Origin: an uncultured Clostridia bacterium
GTDB taxonomy: Bacteria > Bacillota > Clostridia > Oscillospirales > Oscillospiraceae
Direction of reading: 5' to 3'
DNA length: 51,091 nt
Assembly: GCA_946539175.1 (NCBI GenBank)
Contig: CAMNHH010000001.1
Span: 1 to 51,091, forward strand
Each line of letters starts with the position of its first letter. Position 1 is the first letter of the stretch. A program made the translations under genes and the position numbers. Positions 1 to 8,800 of this stretch are shown in pieces. Below the pieces are notes generated by a model. It searched no databases and was not told where the DNA came from. It worked only from the letters and a program-made list of their open reading frames with translations.

Positions 1-3
1 TAC

Positions 4-80
4 GGAGGCTTAGCTCAGCTGGTTAGAGCGCCTGCTTCACACGCAGGAGGTCACTGGTTCGAGTCCAGCAGTCTCCACCA
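4..80 (+). tRNA. tRNA-Val (anticodon CAC)
   Basis: 77-nt cloverleaf read by eye. Acceptor GGAGGCT/AGTCTCC, D-arm GCTC-AGCTGGTTA-GAGC, anticodon stem CCTGC/GCAGG with loop TTCACAC, T-loop TTCGAGT, encoded CCA end. One A.C mismatch at the base of the T stem. Confidence 0.87.
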
Positions 81-85
81 CCGAG

Positions 86-112
86 AGGCACTTGCATATG
101 CAAGTGCCTTTT
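86..112 (+). terminator. Rho-independent terminator after tRNA-Val
   Basis: Perfect stem AGGCACTTGCA / TGCAAGTGCCT with a 2-nt loop, followed by TTT. Confidence 0.7.
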
Positions 113-133
113 GCATGCACGGAAGGAGATACC

Positions 134-1015
134 ATGATTGTTGACGGTTACGTTCGTTTTTTGGAGTATCAGACATATTACCGCATAGCGGGTCCGCTCA
201 GCTCCAGGAAAACTCCGCTTCTGCTGCTCCACGGCGGCCCCGGCTCCACTCACAATTATTTTGAGATTCTGGATCGCTTGGCGGAGGAGGACGGCAGACT
301 TCTGATCAGCTACGACCAGCTGGGCTGCGGCAATTCCTACGTTGAGGGTCATCCGGAGCTCTGGACCATGGAGACCTGGATCTCGGAGCTGAAAACGATC
401 CGCCATGCCTTGGGTCTGAAGGAAGTTGTGCTTCTGGGCCAGTCCTGGGGCGGCATGCTGCTTCTGGAATACGTCTGCCGTCACGCGCCGGAGGGCGTCA
501 GGGGAATCGTTTTGTCCAGCACGCTGCCCTCCAGCCGCCTGTGGGGAGAGGAACAGGCCAGAATGATCCGCCAGCTTCCATCCGCTATGCAGACCGCCAT
601 CCGCACCGCTGCGGAAAGCGGAGACTATTCCGCTCCCGATTATCGGGAGGCGGAGGAATTCTATATGGAGCTCCATTCCGCTGGTAAGCCGGGTCCCGAC
701 GCGCCGGAATGTCTGACCCGTCCCAAGCAGAAGGGGAGGGAGAGCTATCTGATCGGCTGGGGGCCAAATGAGTTCACGCCCACCGGCACGCTAAAGGACT
801 ATGACGTAACGGAGCTGCTCTCCGGGATCCGGGTCCCGGCGCTGATTTTCAGCGGCGGAAATGATCTCTGTACGCCATACATTGCCAAAACCATGTTTGA
901 CAGGATCCCCAACGCCCAATGGGAGCTGTTCCGTGACTGCCGCCACATGTGCTTTGCGGAGGACACCGAGCGCTATATCGCGGTTTTGCGGCAATGGTTA
1001 AGTGGATTGAACTGA
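134..1015 (+). CDS. Proline iminopeptidase-family alpha/beta hydrolase (S33)
   Basis: ORF 92..1015 trimmed to ATG 134, which follows GGAAGGAG. Carries the HGGPGS oxyanion motif and the GQSWGG nucleophile elbow typical of prolyl aminopeptidases. Confidence 0.85.
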   Translation: MIVDGYVRFLEYQTYYRIAGPLSSRKTPLLLLHGGPGSTHNYFEILDRLAEEDGRLLISYDQLGCGNSYVEGHPELWTMETWISELKTIRHALGLKEVVLLGQSWGGMLLLEYVCRHAPEGVRGIVLSSTLPSSRLWGEEQARMIRQLPSAMQTAIRTAAESGDYSAPDYREAEEFYMELHSAGKPGPDAPECLTRPKQKGRESYLIGWGPNEFTPTGTLKDYDVTELLSGIRVPALIFSGGNDLCTPYIAKTMFDRIPNAQWELFRDCRHMCFAEDTERYIAVLRQWLSGLN

Positions 1016-1030
1016 ATCCCGCTTTCTTTG

Positions 1031-1270
1031 TTATTTCGCAATTTCCACCGACCGACGAATCAGATCATCTATTCTGTCGATCTTTCTGCCGCATTTATGC
1101 ATTTCATCCATTAAGGAGCTGCGGCACTTTCTCAGATGCTTTATAAGCGCTTCATAGCTTCCGGTCTGCAGCAGTCTTTCCGCGTCTGTGATTTCTTCCG
1201 CACTGCAGCCGATCTCCAGCATATCATCGCGCAGATATCGGAGCGCTTCGTCCAATGTCATCCCTCCCAC
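1031..1270 (-). CDS. Hypothetical 79-aa helical protein
   Basis: Intact ORF divergent from the LysR gene. Motif LRKCRSSLMDEMHKCGRKIDRIDDLI. No family recognised. Start uncertain (GTG 1270 or ATG 1261). Confidence 0.5.
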   Translation of the reverse strand: MGGMTLDEALRYLRDDMLEIGCSAEEITDAERLLQTGSYEALIKHLRKCRSSLMDEMHKCGRKIDRIDDLIRRSVEIAK

Positions 1271-1298
1271 GGCTTTCGCTTTATTTCATTATACTTCC

Positions 1299-1327
1299 TT
1301 GATTTCTATTGCGCTAATGGTTATAAT
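1299..1327 (+). promoter_or_regulatory. Sigma-A-like promoter of the LysR gene
   Basis: TTGATT, 17-nt spacer, TATAAT, about 50 nt upstream of ATG 1377. Confidence 0.5.
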
Positions 1328-1335
1328 GAATATCA

Positions 1336-1358
1336 TGATATTGCGTGATTGAATATCA
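1336..1358. promoter_or_regulatory. LysR-type operator candidate (inverted repeat)
   Basis: Perfect inverted repeat TGATATT-N9-AATATCA between the -10 box and the RBS of the LysR gene. It lies in the divergent intergenic region. Confidence 0.45.
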
Positions 1359-1376
1359 CAAGGTGGAGGGATCACC

Positions 1377-2267
1377 ATGGAAATTCGCACTTTACGATAT
1401 TTCCTCGCAGTGGCGCGAGAAGAAAATATGACAAAAGCTGCAGAAATTCTGCACGTAACACAGCCAACACTTTCAAAAACACTGAAAGCGTTAGAGGATG
1501 AGCTTGGCAAAAAGCTCTTCGTAAGACACAGTTTTTCCATCTCTCTGACGCAGGAAGGCATTTTGCTGCGGAATCGAGCGGAAGATCTTGTCACGATGGC
1601 TGATAAAATAGAGAAAGAATTCTTGTCATTGGACGACATCACCGGAGGCGAGTTATACCTCGGGCTTGCCGAATCCTATCAAATCCGCTATCTTGCCCAG
1701 GAGATCCGCGCCTTGAAGAACATATACCCGGATCTGCACTATCATATTACAAGCGGCGATACAGAACAGGTCACAGAAAAGCTGGATAAAGGTCTGCTGG
1801 ATTTTGCAGTCGTCTGTGAACTGCCCGATTCACGGAAGTACGCCTATCTGCCGTTTCCCGAAGCGGATATTTGGGGCGTAGTTGTTCCGGCAGATGCGGC
1901 TCTTGCAAAAAAAGAGTCCGTAACAGTGGAGGATCTGATCGGAATACCGATATTTACCTCCGAACAGTCATGGCGAAACGATATCGGAAGATGGTGTGGA
2001 GAGCGGCTGTCTGAGCTAAAATTGGAAGGCTCGTTCCGTCTTGCCTACAATGCTTCCATGTTTGTCAGAGAAGGACTCGGCTGTCAGCTTACCTTCGCAA
2101 AGCTGGTTGATACCTCGGCGGAGAGCGGGCTTGTATTTCGACCGCTCTCGCCTACGCTTGAAACAAATCTTTACTTGATCTGGAACAGATATCAGACCTT
2201 CACTCCCATCGCAGAGCGCTTCCTTGCACAGATACAGAAAACTTTTAACCTCAAAAATTCAAATTAA
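1377..2267 (+). CDS. LysR family transcriptional regulator
   Basis: N-terminal wHTH MEIRTLRYFLAVAREENMTKAAEILHVTQPTLSKTLKALEDELG plus a C-terminal substrate-binding domain. RBS GGTGGAGGG. Confidence 0.92.
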   Translation: MEIRTLRYFLAVAREENMTKAAEILHVTQPTLSKTLKALEDELGKKLFVRHSFSISLTQEGILLRNRAEDLVTMADKIEKEFLSLDDITGGELYLGLAESYQIRYLAQEIRALKNIYPDLHYHITSGDTEQVTEKLDKGLLDFAVVCELPDSRKYAYLPFPEADIWGVVVPADAALAKKESVTVEDLIGIPIFTSEQSWRNDIGRWCGERLSELKLEGSFRLAYNASMFVREGLGCQLTFAKLVDTSAESGLVFRPLSPTLETNLYLIWNRYQTFTPIAERFLAQIQKTFNLKNSN

Positions 2268-2511
2268 ACACTGTAGTATTGCAAGAGGCTGATAAGGAAG
2301 TATTTATGAATTATTAGTCCTGGCATTGTGGGACAAAGCAAGAGCCTGCAGCTCAACCTATAAAGGGTTGTACTGCAGGCTCTTGTCGGATATATCATAC
2401 TTCATTGCTGCGTTGTGCCTACAAATTGCCTACAAAAAATTTTTCCGTCAAAATCGCCAAAGATAAAGGAGAATGAAAAGGTGAAAAAATAGGCAAAAAC
2501 CTCGAAAAACC

Positions 2512-2552
2512 AAATAAAATCACCGCATGTATCTACATGCGGTGATTTTATT
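2512..2552 (-). terminator. Hairpin terminator abutting the tRNA-fMet 3' end (bidirectional shape)
   Basis: Stem ATCACCGCATGTA / TACATGCGGTGAT extended by A/T pairs. On the minus strand it is followed by TTTTATTTGGTTTTT. Confidence 0.7.
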
Positions 2553-2629
<77 letters not shown>

Positions 2630-2654
2630 ATATTGAATTCCTCATTGCTCAAGT

Positions 2655-2683
2655 AGTATAGCACAGAGGAACAGATTTGTCAA
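2655..2683 (-). promoter_or_regulatory. Sigma-A promoter of tRNA-fMet
   Basis: Minus strand reads TTGACA, 17-nt spacer, TATACT, ending about 25 nt upstream of the tRNA 5' end. Confidence 0.6.
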
Positions 2684-2819
2684 GCTTTTTCTTCTCGTGA
2701 TTTCAATCTAATTTCTTTCATATTTCTCTCCTCGATTTCAATTATATCGGGTATATCGGGGATCTGGGTCAGAATTCAGAACTTCTTTATAAATTAATAA
2801 TTATAAAATTAAAATATTG

Positions 2820-2848
2820 TTGAAATACGAAAAAATTTATGTTACTAT
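2820..2848 (+). promoter_or_regulatory. Candidate promoter of the glycan operon
   Basis: TTGAAA, 17-nt spacer, TACTAT, inside a very AT-rich tract about 110 nt upstream of the first glycan gene. Confidence 0.4.
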
Positions 2849-2956
2849 TATGATGTAATTCATAGAATTCACACAATCGCGGCTCCCTTGCTTTCGCGCA
2901 GAAACAGGGTTCAGAGCGAACGAAGCATTCTTTTCCCATGGAGGTGCATTTCAATC

Positions 2957-3634
2957 ATGCCATCCGCGGTCAAATCGGAAGAGTATGATCTCCTCCATTT
3001 TTCTGAGAGAAGGCCGAAAATTTGTACAGAAAAGCTGGGCAGAATAGCTCCGAAGCCTGTCTACGAGAAGGTAAAACGTATTTTTGACCTTTGCTTCTCG
3101 CTTTTGCTTTTGGTCGTTCTGATCCTTCCGATGCTGATCATCGCCGTTATGATCCGGCTGGATTCTCCCGGCAATCCGATCTATCGGCAAACGCGCCTTG
3201 GCAAGAACCAGAAGCCGTTTACGATCTACAAATTCCGAACCATGCACCTCCTGGCTGAACAGGATGGTCCGCGCTGGGCAAAGCCCAACGACAGCAGAAG
3301 TACGAGACTTGGCCGGGCACTGCGGCATGCTCACCTGGATGAGCTTCCCCAGTTGATCAACATAATAGCCGGGCAGATGAGCTTTGTGGGACCAAGACCG
3401 GAGCGCCCCGAGTTTTATGACGTCTTCGATACGTATATCGACGGATTCCGCCAGCGTATGCTGGTGACGCCGGGACTCACCGGGCTGGCGCAGGTTCACG
3501 GCGGTTATGAACTGCTTCCGGAGGAAAAAATCATCTATGATTTGGAATACATCAAAAACAGATCGTTCAGTCAGGATCTGCACTGTATTTTCCTGACCTT
3601 TGGACTTTTGATCACACATAAAGGAGCAAGATAG
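2957..3634 (+). CDS. Undecaprenyl-phosphate sugar-phosphate transferase (small monotopic PGT, bacterial sugar transferase family)
   Basis: ORF 2888..3634 trimmed to ATG 2957 after GGAGGTG. Motifs KRIFDL, one TM helix, PGNPIYRQTRLGKNQKPFTIYKFRTM, DELPQL, MSFVGPRPERPEF. Confidence 0.9.
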   Translation: MPSAVKSEEYDLLHFSERRPKICTEKLGRIAPKPVYEKVKRIFDLCFSLLLLVVLILPMLIIAVMIRLDSPGNPIYRQTRLGKNQKPFTIYKFRTMHLLAEQDGPRWAKPNDSRSTRLGRALRHAHLDELPQLINIIAGQMSFVGPRPERPEFYDVFDTYIDGFRQRMLVTPGLTGLAQVHGGYELLPEEKIIYDLEYIKNRSFSQDLHCIFLTFGLLITHKGAR

Positions 3635-3637
3635 GCA

Positions 3638-4483
3638 ATGGTAACGGACTATTCGGTCCTGATGTCTGTTTATCAAAAAGAAGAGCCGTCCTTTTTCCAT
3701 GACGCAATCCAAAGCATCCTGCGGCAGACGATTCCACCGAAGCAAATCGTACTGGTTTGCGACGGCCCTTTGACCGACGGGCTGGAACAGGAGCTGGAGG
3801 CCCTGCAGGAGAATCAGAGGGATATCCTGCGGCTCGTTCGGCTGCCTGCCTGCGGCGGATTGGGCAGCGCACTGCAGAAGGGGCTGCAATCCTGCAGCTG
3901 TGAACTGGTGGCCCGTATGGATACGGATGATCTGGCTGTGCCGAACCGAATGGAGCTGCAGCTGGCCGAGCTGGACCGGGACCCGTCACTTTCCGTTCTC
4001 GGCGGGCAGATCACGGAATTCTGGATCTCTCCGGACCGAATCTCCGGGAGCAGAAGGGTACCCTGTGATAACGAGGCGATCAGAACCTTCGCTGCCAGTA
4101 GAAATCCAATGAACCACATGACGGTCATGTTCCGAAAAAGCGCTGTGCTTGCCGCCGGAAGCTACCGGTCGTTTGACCGTTTTGAGGACTATGATCTCTG
4201 GTCGCGAATGCTGGCCGGGGGAGCGCGTTTCCGGAATCTGGATCAGGTTCTGGTGTACGCCAGAGTTGCGCCGGATTCCTACAGAAGACGCGGCGGCATG
4301 GACTATTTCAGACAGAGCGTCCGTATGCAGAAGCAGCTTCGCGCCTGCGGGCTGCTCGGCCCTGCCGCTTACTGCCGCAATCTGGCAGTTCGCTTTGCAG
4401 GGACAGTTCTGCTGCCGAACCGGCTTCGGGGGCTGGTATATCAAAAGCATCTGCACAAAAAGCTTCCGTCAGAGGAATCCTGA
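3638..4483 (+). CDS. Glycosyltransferase family 2
   Basis: N-terminal YSVLMSVYQKEEPSFFHDAIQSILRQT and the acidic motif ARMDTDDLA. Lies 3 nt after the PGT stop. Confidence 0.88.
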   Translation: MVTDYSVLMSVYQKEEPSFFHDAIQSILRQTIPPKQIVLVCDGPLTDGLEQELEALQENQRDILRLVRLPACGGLGSALQKGLQSCSCELVARMDTDDLAVPNRMELQLAELDRDPSLSVLGGQITEFWISPDRISGSRRVPCDNEAIRTFAASRNPMNHMTVMFRKSAVLAAGSYRSFDRFEDYDLWSRMLAGGARFRNLDQVLVYARVAPDSYRRRGGMDYFRQSVRMQKQLRACGLLGPAAYCRNLAVRFAGTVLLPNRLRGLVYQKHLHKKLPSEES

Positions 4484-4484
4484 T

Positions 4485-5357
4485 ATGGGCGGATTCATCC
4501 CAGACGAAAAGCTCCTGGCCCATCAGCGGGTGATGCTGGAGCTGCTGCGGCAGGCGGACGCGATCTGCCGTGCCCATAAAATTCCTTACGTTCTGTTCGC
4601 CGGGACCATGCTGGGCGCGGTCCGGCACCGGGGCTTTATTCCTTGGGACGACGATCTGGATCTGTTGTTTTTGCGGGAGGACTACGATCGTTTCCTCGCC
4701 GCTGCGGAAACGGAGCTGGACCCGGAGAAGTATTATCTGCAGAGGGAATTCAGTCCCCATTGGCCCATGCAAAGCTCCAAGCTGCGGAGAAATGATACCG
4801 CCTGCTTTGAGAAATATTATCCCCGGGACCCGGAAACCCACATGGGGATCTACATCGATCTGTTCCCCTGTGATAATCTGTCCGACAGCCCATTGATCGC
4901 GCGTCTTCAATTTCTGGCCTCCAAGATCGTGATCGCAAAGGCTCTGGACGCAAGAGGCTATTTGACCCGCAGCCCCGCCAAAAAGATCTTTCTTGCCGTT
5001 TCCCGCCTGATTCCCGGCAAGCCCCTGGTCCGCTTTGTGCAGCTGCGGAGCCGGACCGGTACAAGCTGCGTTCACGTTTTTTTTGGCGGCGCAAAGCGTT
5101 ACGGCAAGAGCGTGTTTCCCCGCTCCTGGCTGGAGCAGCGGACAGAGCTGCCCTTTGAGGGTGGGAGCTATCCTGTTTCCGCGCACTATGAGGCTTTCCT
5201 CCGGCTGCTGTACGGTAATTATCAGGAGATACCCGACGCGAACGCACGGGCGCAGAAGAATCACGCGTTTTTTGTGGATCCCGCCCATTCCTACCGGGCG
5301 TATCCAAATATCTATGACGGAGTCAAATTTGACGTGCTGACAAAGAGTATTCGCTGA
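4485..5357 (+). CDS. LicD-family phosphotransferase (copy 1)
   Basis: ORF 4149..5357 trimmed to ATG 4485, 1 nt after the GT2 stop. Motif FAGTMLGAVRHRGFIPWDDDLDL. Confidence 0.9.
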   Translation: MGGFIPDEKLLAHQRVMLELLRQADAICRAHKIPYVLFAGTMLGAVRHRGFIPWDDDLDLLFLREDYDRFLAAAETELDPEKYYLQREFSPHWPMQSSKLRRNDTACFEKYYPRDPETHMGIYIDLFPCDNLSDSPLIARLQFLASKIVIAKALDARGYLTRSPAKKIFLAVSRLIPGKPLVRFVQLRSRTGTSCVHVFFGGAKRYGKSVFPRSWLEQRTELPFEGGSYPVSAHYEAFLRLLYGNYQEIPDANARAQKNHAFFVDPAHSYRAYPNIYDGVKFDVLTKSIR

Positions 5358-5374
5358 CAGGAGGTTGATTGCCT

Positions 5375-5815
5375 ATGCGAAACAAGAAACTGCTCGTCGC
5401 GGTCTGTGGAATCGTACTGGCGCTGTTTCTGGGCTGTGGAAAAAACAGCCCGCAGCCAAGCCTGAGTCCAAGCCAGGATGATCGGGCGAATCACGCAATC
5501 AAAACTGCCTGCGGCGATCTGTACTTCCCGGAGGAATGGAACGACGCGGTCGCCGTCCGGGAACAGACCACCGAATTCGGCAGCAGCGTGGTGTTTGAAA
5601 CGGAGCTGGAGGGTGAAAAAATTATTCTTTTCACCTTGAACATAGGCGGGGGAGAAGGCGATGAGATCGGAAAGCTGACCGATCAAAACGGTCAGGTCCG
5701 CAGCGTCCGGATGGTGATCAGTGAGCTGCACCCGGAGGGTGTTGACGAGCAGAGCGCTAATCGCCTGTTTGCCATGCAGGAGGATATCAATTATCTGATC
5801 GATCATTTGAAATGA
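5375..5815 (+). CDS. Small lipoprotein, unknown function
   Basis: Signal peptide with lipobox LFLGC (MRNKKLLVAVCGIVLALFLGCGKN). AGGAGG upstream. TTG 5369 is an alternative start. Confidence 0.75.
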   Translation: MRNKKLLVAVCGIVLALFLGCGKNSPQPSLSPSQDDRANHAIKTACGDLYFPEEWNDAVAVREQTTEFGSSVVFETELEGEKIILFTLNIGGGEGDEIGKLTDQNGQVRSVRMVISELHPEGVDEQSANRLFAMQEDINYLIDHLK

Positions 5816-5863
5816 TTTAGGAGTATTTACAGTCCCATGTCACGAGGAAGGAGCGTAAATGCA

Positions 5864-8800
5864 ATGAGGAACATCCGATTCAGAAGAATTCTCGCAATTC
5901 TGCTGGTACTGTGCCTGTCTTTGGGCTACGGATCCCCCCTGGCCAGCGCCGCGGATCCGGCAGAAGAGAACAACGCATCCGCGCTTGAAGCGTTTCTTGA
6001 GAAGTTGGTCAGCCTGGAGCAGTACGCGGCGGATTACGCGGCGGCAAACCCGGACTGCGGCAGCGACGCCTTTGAACTGGTACTGAATTACTGCAGAACC
6101 GCCAAGGAGGATTATACCTCCAGCAATTGGTCCAGTCTCGCAGGTGAGGAAAACGAAGGCTTCCGGGACTACGTCGCTCAGCAGGACGAGGAAAATGGGA
6201 CCAGCGTAGGGGAGATCAAGACCTACTCCGCCACCGGAAAGGACTTTATTCCCGTGGCCAACGGGAACAAAATTGACCTGTTCCATATCTTCGGCACCAT
6301 GAATATCAGCTATTACTGGGGCAGCCGATATCCGGAGCTCTCCGCCCGTCCTTACGCCGATCTGGGCGGCTGGGCCGGAGATCTGGTGGATCTGCTGACC
6401 AAGTGTACGGACCTTTCCGGTACGGAAGACGAGATGATCCGGGAAGTCTATTGGAACCGCTTTGCCAACGACCTCGGGCCTGGGTCCTTTGACATCGACG
6501 ACGTCTACGGGGACTTTGACGCCTATTACTTCATGCAGACCGCCGGGGCCGGTCAGGGCTCTCTGAGCCAGATCATGCGGGAGTATTATACCCCTGAGCT
6601 TTCCATGAAGGATCGGGCAGTCTTCTTTACGGAGCATCGCTTCTCCGGGAATCTCAGCCGGGAAGCGCTGCGGGACGCGGTGAAGAGCGCCTATTCCGGC
6701 AATATCCTGCTGGCGGCCCTGGAAAGCAACGAGGGGCTGGAGAATGTGGACGCCCAACGGGAAGCCTGCGTGTACGCCTTTGCCGATTACCTGTACATGC
6801 TGGTCAACGGTCCGGCGTTTGAGACGGACGAGGCCGCGCTCAACGCGGGTCAGACCCTGGAGGAGACCCCTGTCAGCGGCAGCGCGGCGAGCCTTTACGG
6901 CGATCCGGTGGAAGGCAGCTTCAGCTGGAAGCAGCCGCAGACGGTCGTGGAGCAGAGTGGATACTATACTGCGGTTTTCACCCCTGCAGACAGCTTCCAC
7001 TTCGGCGAAACAGAGCTCTCCGTGCCTGTGATCGTAGACGGACAGCCCATTGACGAGCCGGATCCCGATCCCGACCCGGACCCAGAGCCGAATCCCGATC
7101 CCGAACCGGAGCCGGATCCCGTCCCGGATAACAGCTATTTCTCCATCTTCTATAATAATACTTCCGTCCTGGCGCCGGGCGTCCAGCAGAGAATCCTGCA
7201 TACCCGCACCAGAGACAACAAGCAGATGGTGATCTACGCCGCTACCATCGACGTCTCCCGGCAGGACGTAGCCCTGCAGGCCAATTACAACGAAAACGAT
7301 CCGACCACCATCCCTACGCTTTCTCCGGTATCTGATCAGATGAAGGCGGCCCAGGCCAAGCACACGGATCCCGCCGACCCGGAGCATTACGTGGAGAATT
7401 ATAACGTGGTGTTCGGCTCCAACGCGGACTTCTTCACCATGGCCAACGGCAAGCCCACCAGCGCCTTTGTGATGGAGGGCGTCGTCTACTCGGACGCCGC
7501 CACCAGCGGATCTGGCAGCAGCAACTACTTCTTCGCGATTCTGAAGGACGGCACCCCGATCATCAGCCGAAACAGCACCTGGAACACTTACCGCGACAAC
7601 TGCCAGGAGGCGGTTGGCGGCGGCGCGCTTCTGGTGGAAAACGGCGAGACCAAGGTTTCCTCTTCTTCGAATTATTACAACAGCCGGGCGCCTCGTACCT
7701 GCATCGGCATCACCGCGGACAACAAGGTCGTGGTCATGTGTATCGACGGCCGCCAGGAGCCCTGGTCCTGCGGCGCTTCCTCCCAGGAAATGGCGGCAGC
7801 CATGATATCTCTGGGCTGCGTCAAGGCCATGAACCTGGACGGCGGCGGCTCCACCACCTTCGTCTCCAAGCCGGAGGGAGAGGACGAGCTTCGGGTCATC
7901 AACAGGCCCTCTGACGGATATGAGCGCCGGGTCTCCACCAGCTTGATGGTGGTCTCTACCGCGCCGAATTCCAATGTTTTGGATCACGTCTCCCTGCAGC
8001 CGGAAAACGAATATCTGATGCCGGGCGCAAGTGTTTCCGTGTCTGAGATCGGCGTTAACGCGGCCGGCGGCTCTGCCGAGCTTCCGGCGGATCTTCAGAT
8101 CGTATTGGACAAGCCTGACTTTGGCAGCTTCCAGGACGGCTGCTTCACCGCAGGCAGCGAGACCGGGGACGTGGTCCTCAGCGCGATCAGCGGCGATGCC
8201 GTTTTGGGCTCTGTGACGCTGCACGTTGTGATCCCGGATGCCCTGGCCTTTGATACCAACGAGGTTTCCGCGATCTACGGACAGACTGTTGAGCTGCCTC
8301 TGGTGGGGTATTACAACGGAAACAAGATCGCAATGAATTTTGCTTCCGATCTGCTCATCTATGGCTTGATGAATCCGAACGCGGGCTCCATCACCGCGGC
8401 GGTGCTGACGGCGGCAGACGAATCCTGCGGCGTCCGGTCTACGGACATCGGCGCCGCTCTTGCGGCGGACAACTCCATCTACGCCCGGACCACGCTGTAT
8501 TTGTATCACGAGAACGAGGCGGTGTTCGATTTTAACCACGCCACCGCCGGAAGCCGGAAGCTTGCCTGGAACCGGGTCGTTTCCAATTCCGAGATGACCA
8601 GGGATGAAAATGGTACTCTGGATGTTTACAATCTCGTGGAGCCCGGTGTCCCCATGGAGATTTCCTATACCTTCGCCCTTGATATGAACGACCTGGAGAT
8701 CCCGGACAACATCGCCGAGGCTCTGCCTGTCGTGGCATCGTTCCTGGGCGTTGACGCATCTGAGCTTGGTGCCTGGCAGCTGCTGCTGGCACTGGCGGAA

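Noticed and set aside
2680-2721. 13-aa ORF (MKEIRLKSREEKA) with a GAGGAGAG RBS on the minus strand upstream of tRNA-fMet.
   Set aside because: It is tiny, overlaps the -35 box of the tRNA promoter and has no plausible function. It is most likely chance.
2640-2956. Invertible promoter (phase switch) upstream of the glycan operon, and likewise at 31508-31976, given the nearby tyrosine recombinases.
   Set aside because: I found no inverted repeats of useful length bracketing either promoter region. There are only short direct repeats (GATTTCAAT x2, TATATCGGG x2) and scattered GAATTC sites.
4149-4484. N-terminal extension of the LicD ORF, overlapping the GT2 gene by about 335 nt.
   Set aside because: The extension is Arg/Trp/Cys-rich with no homology signal. 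LicD homology begins at MGGFIPDEK (ATG 4485), exactly 1 nt after the GT2 stop.
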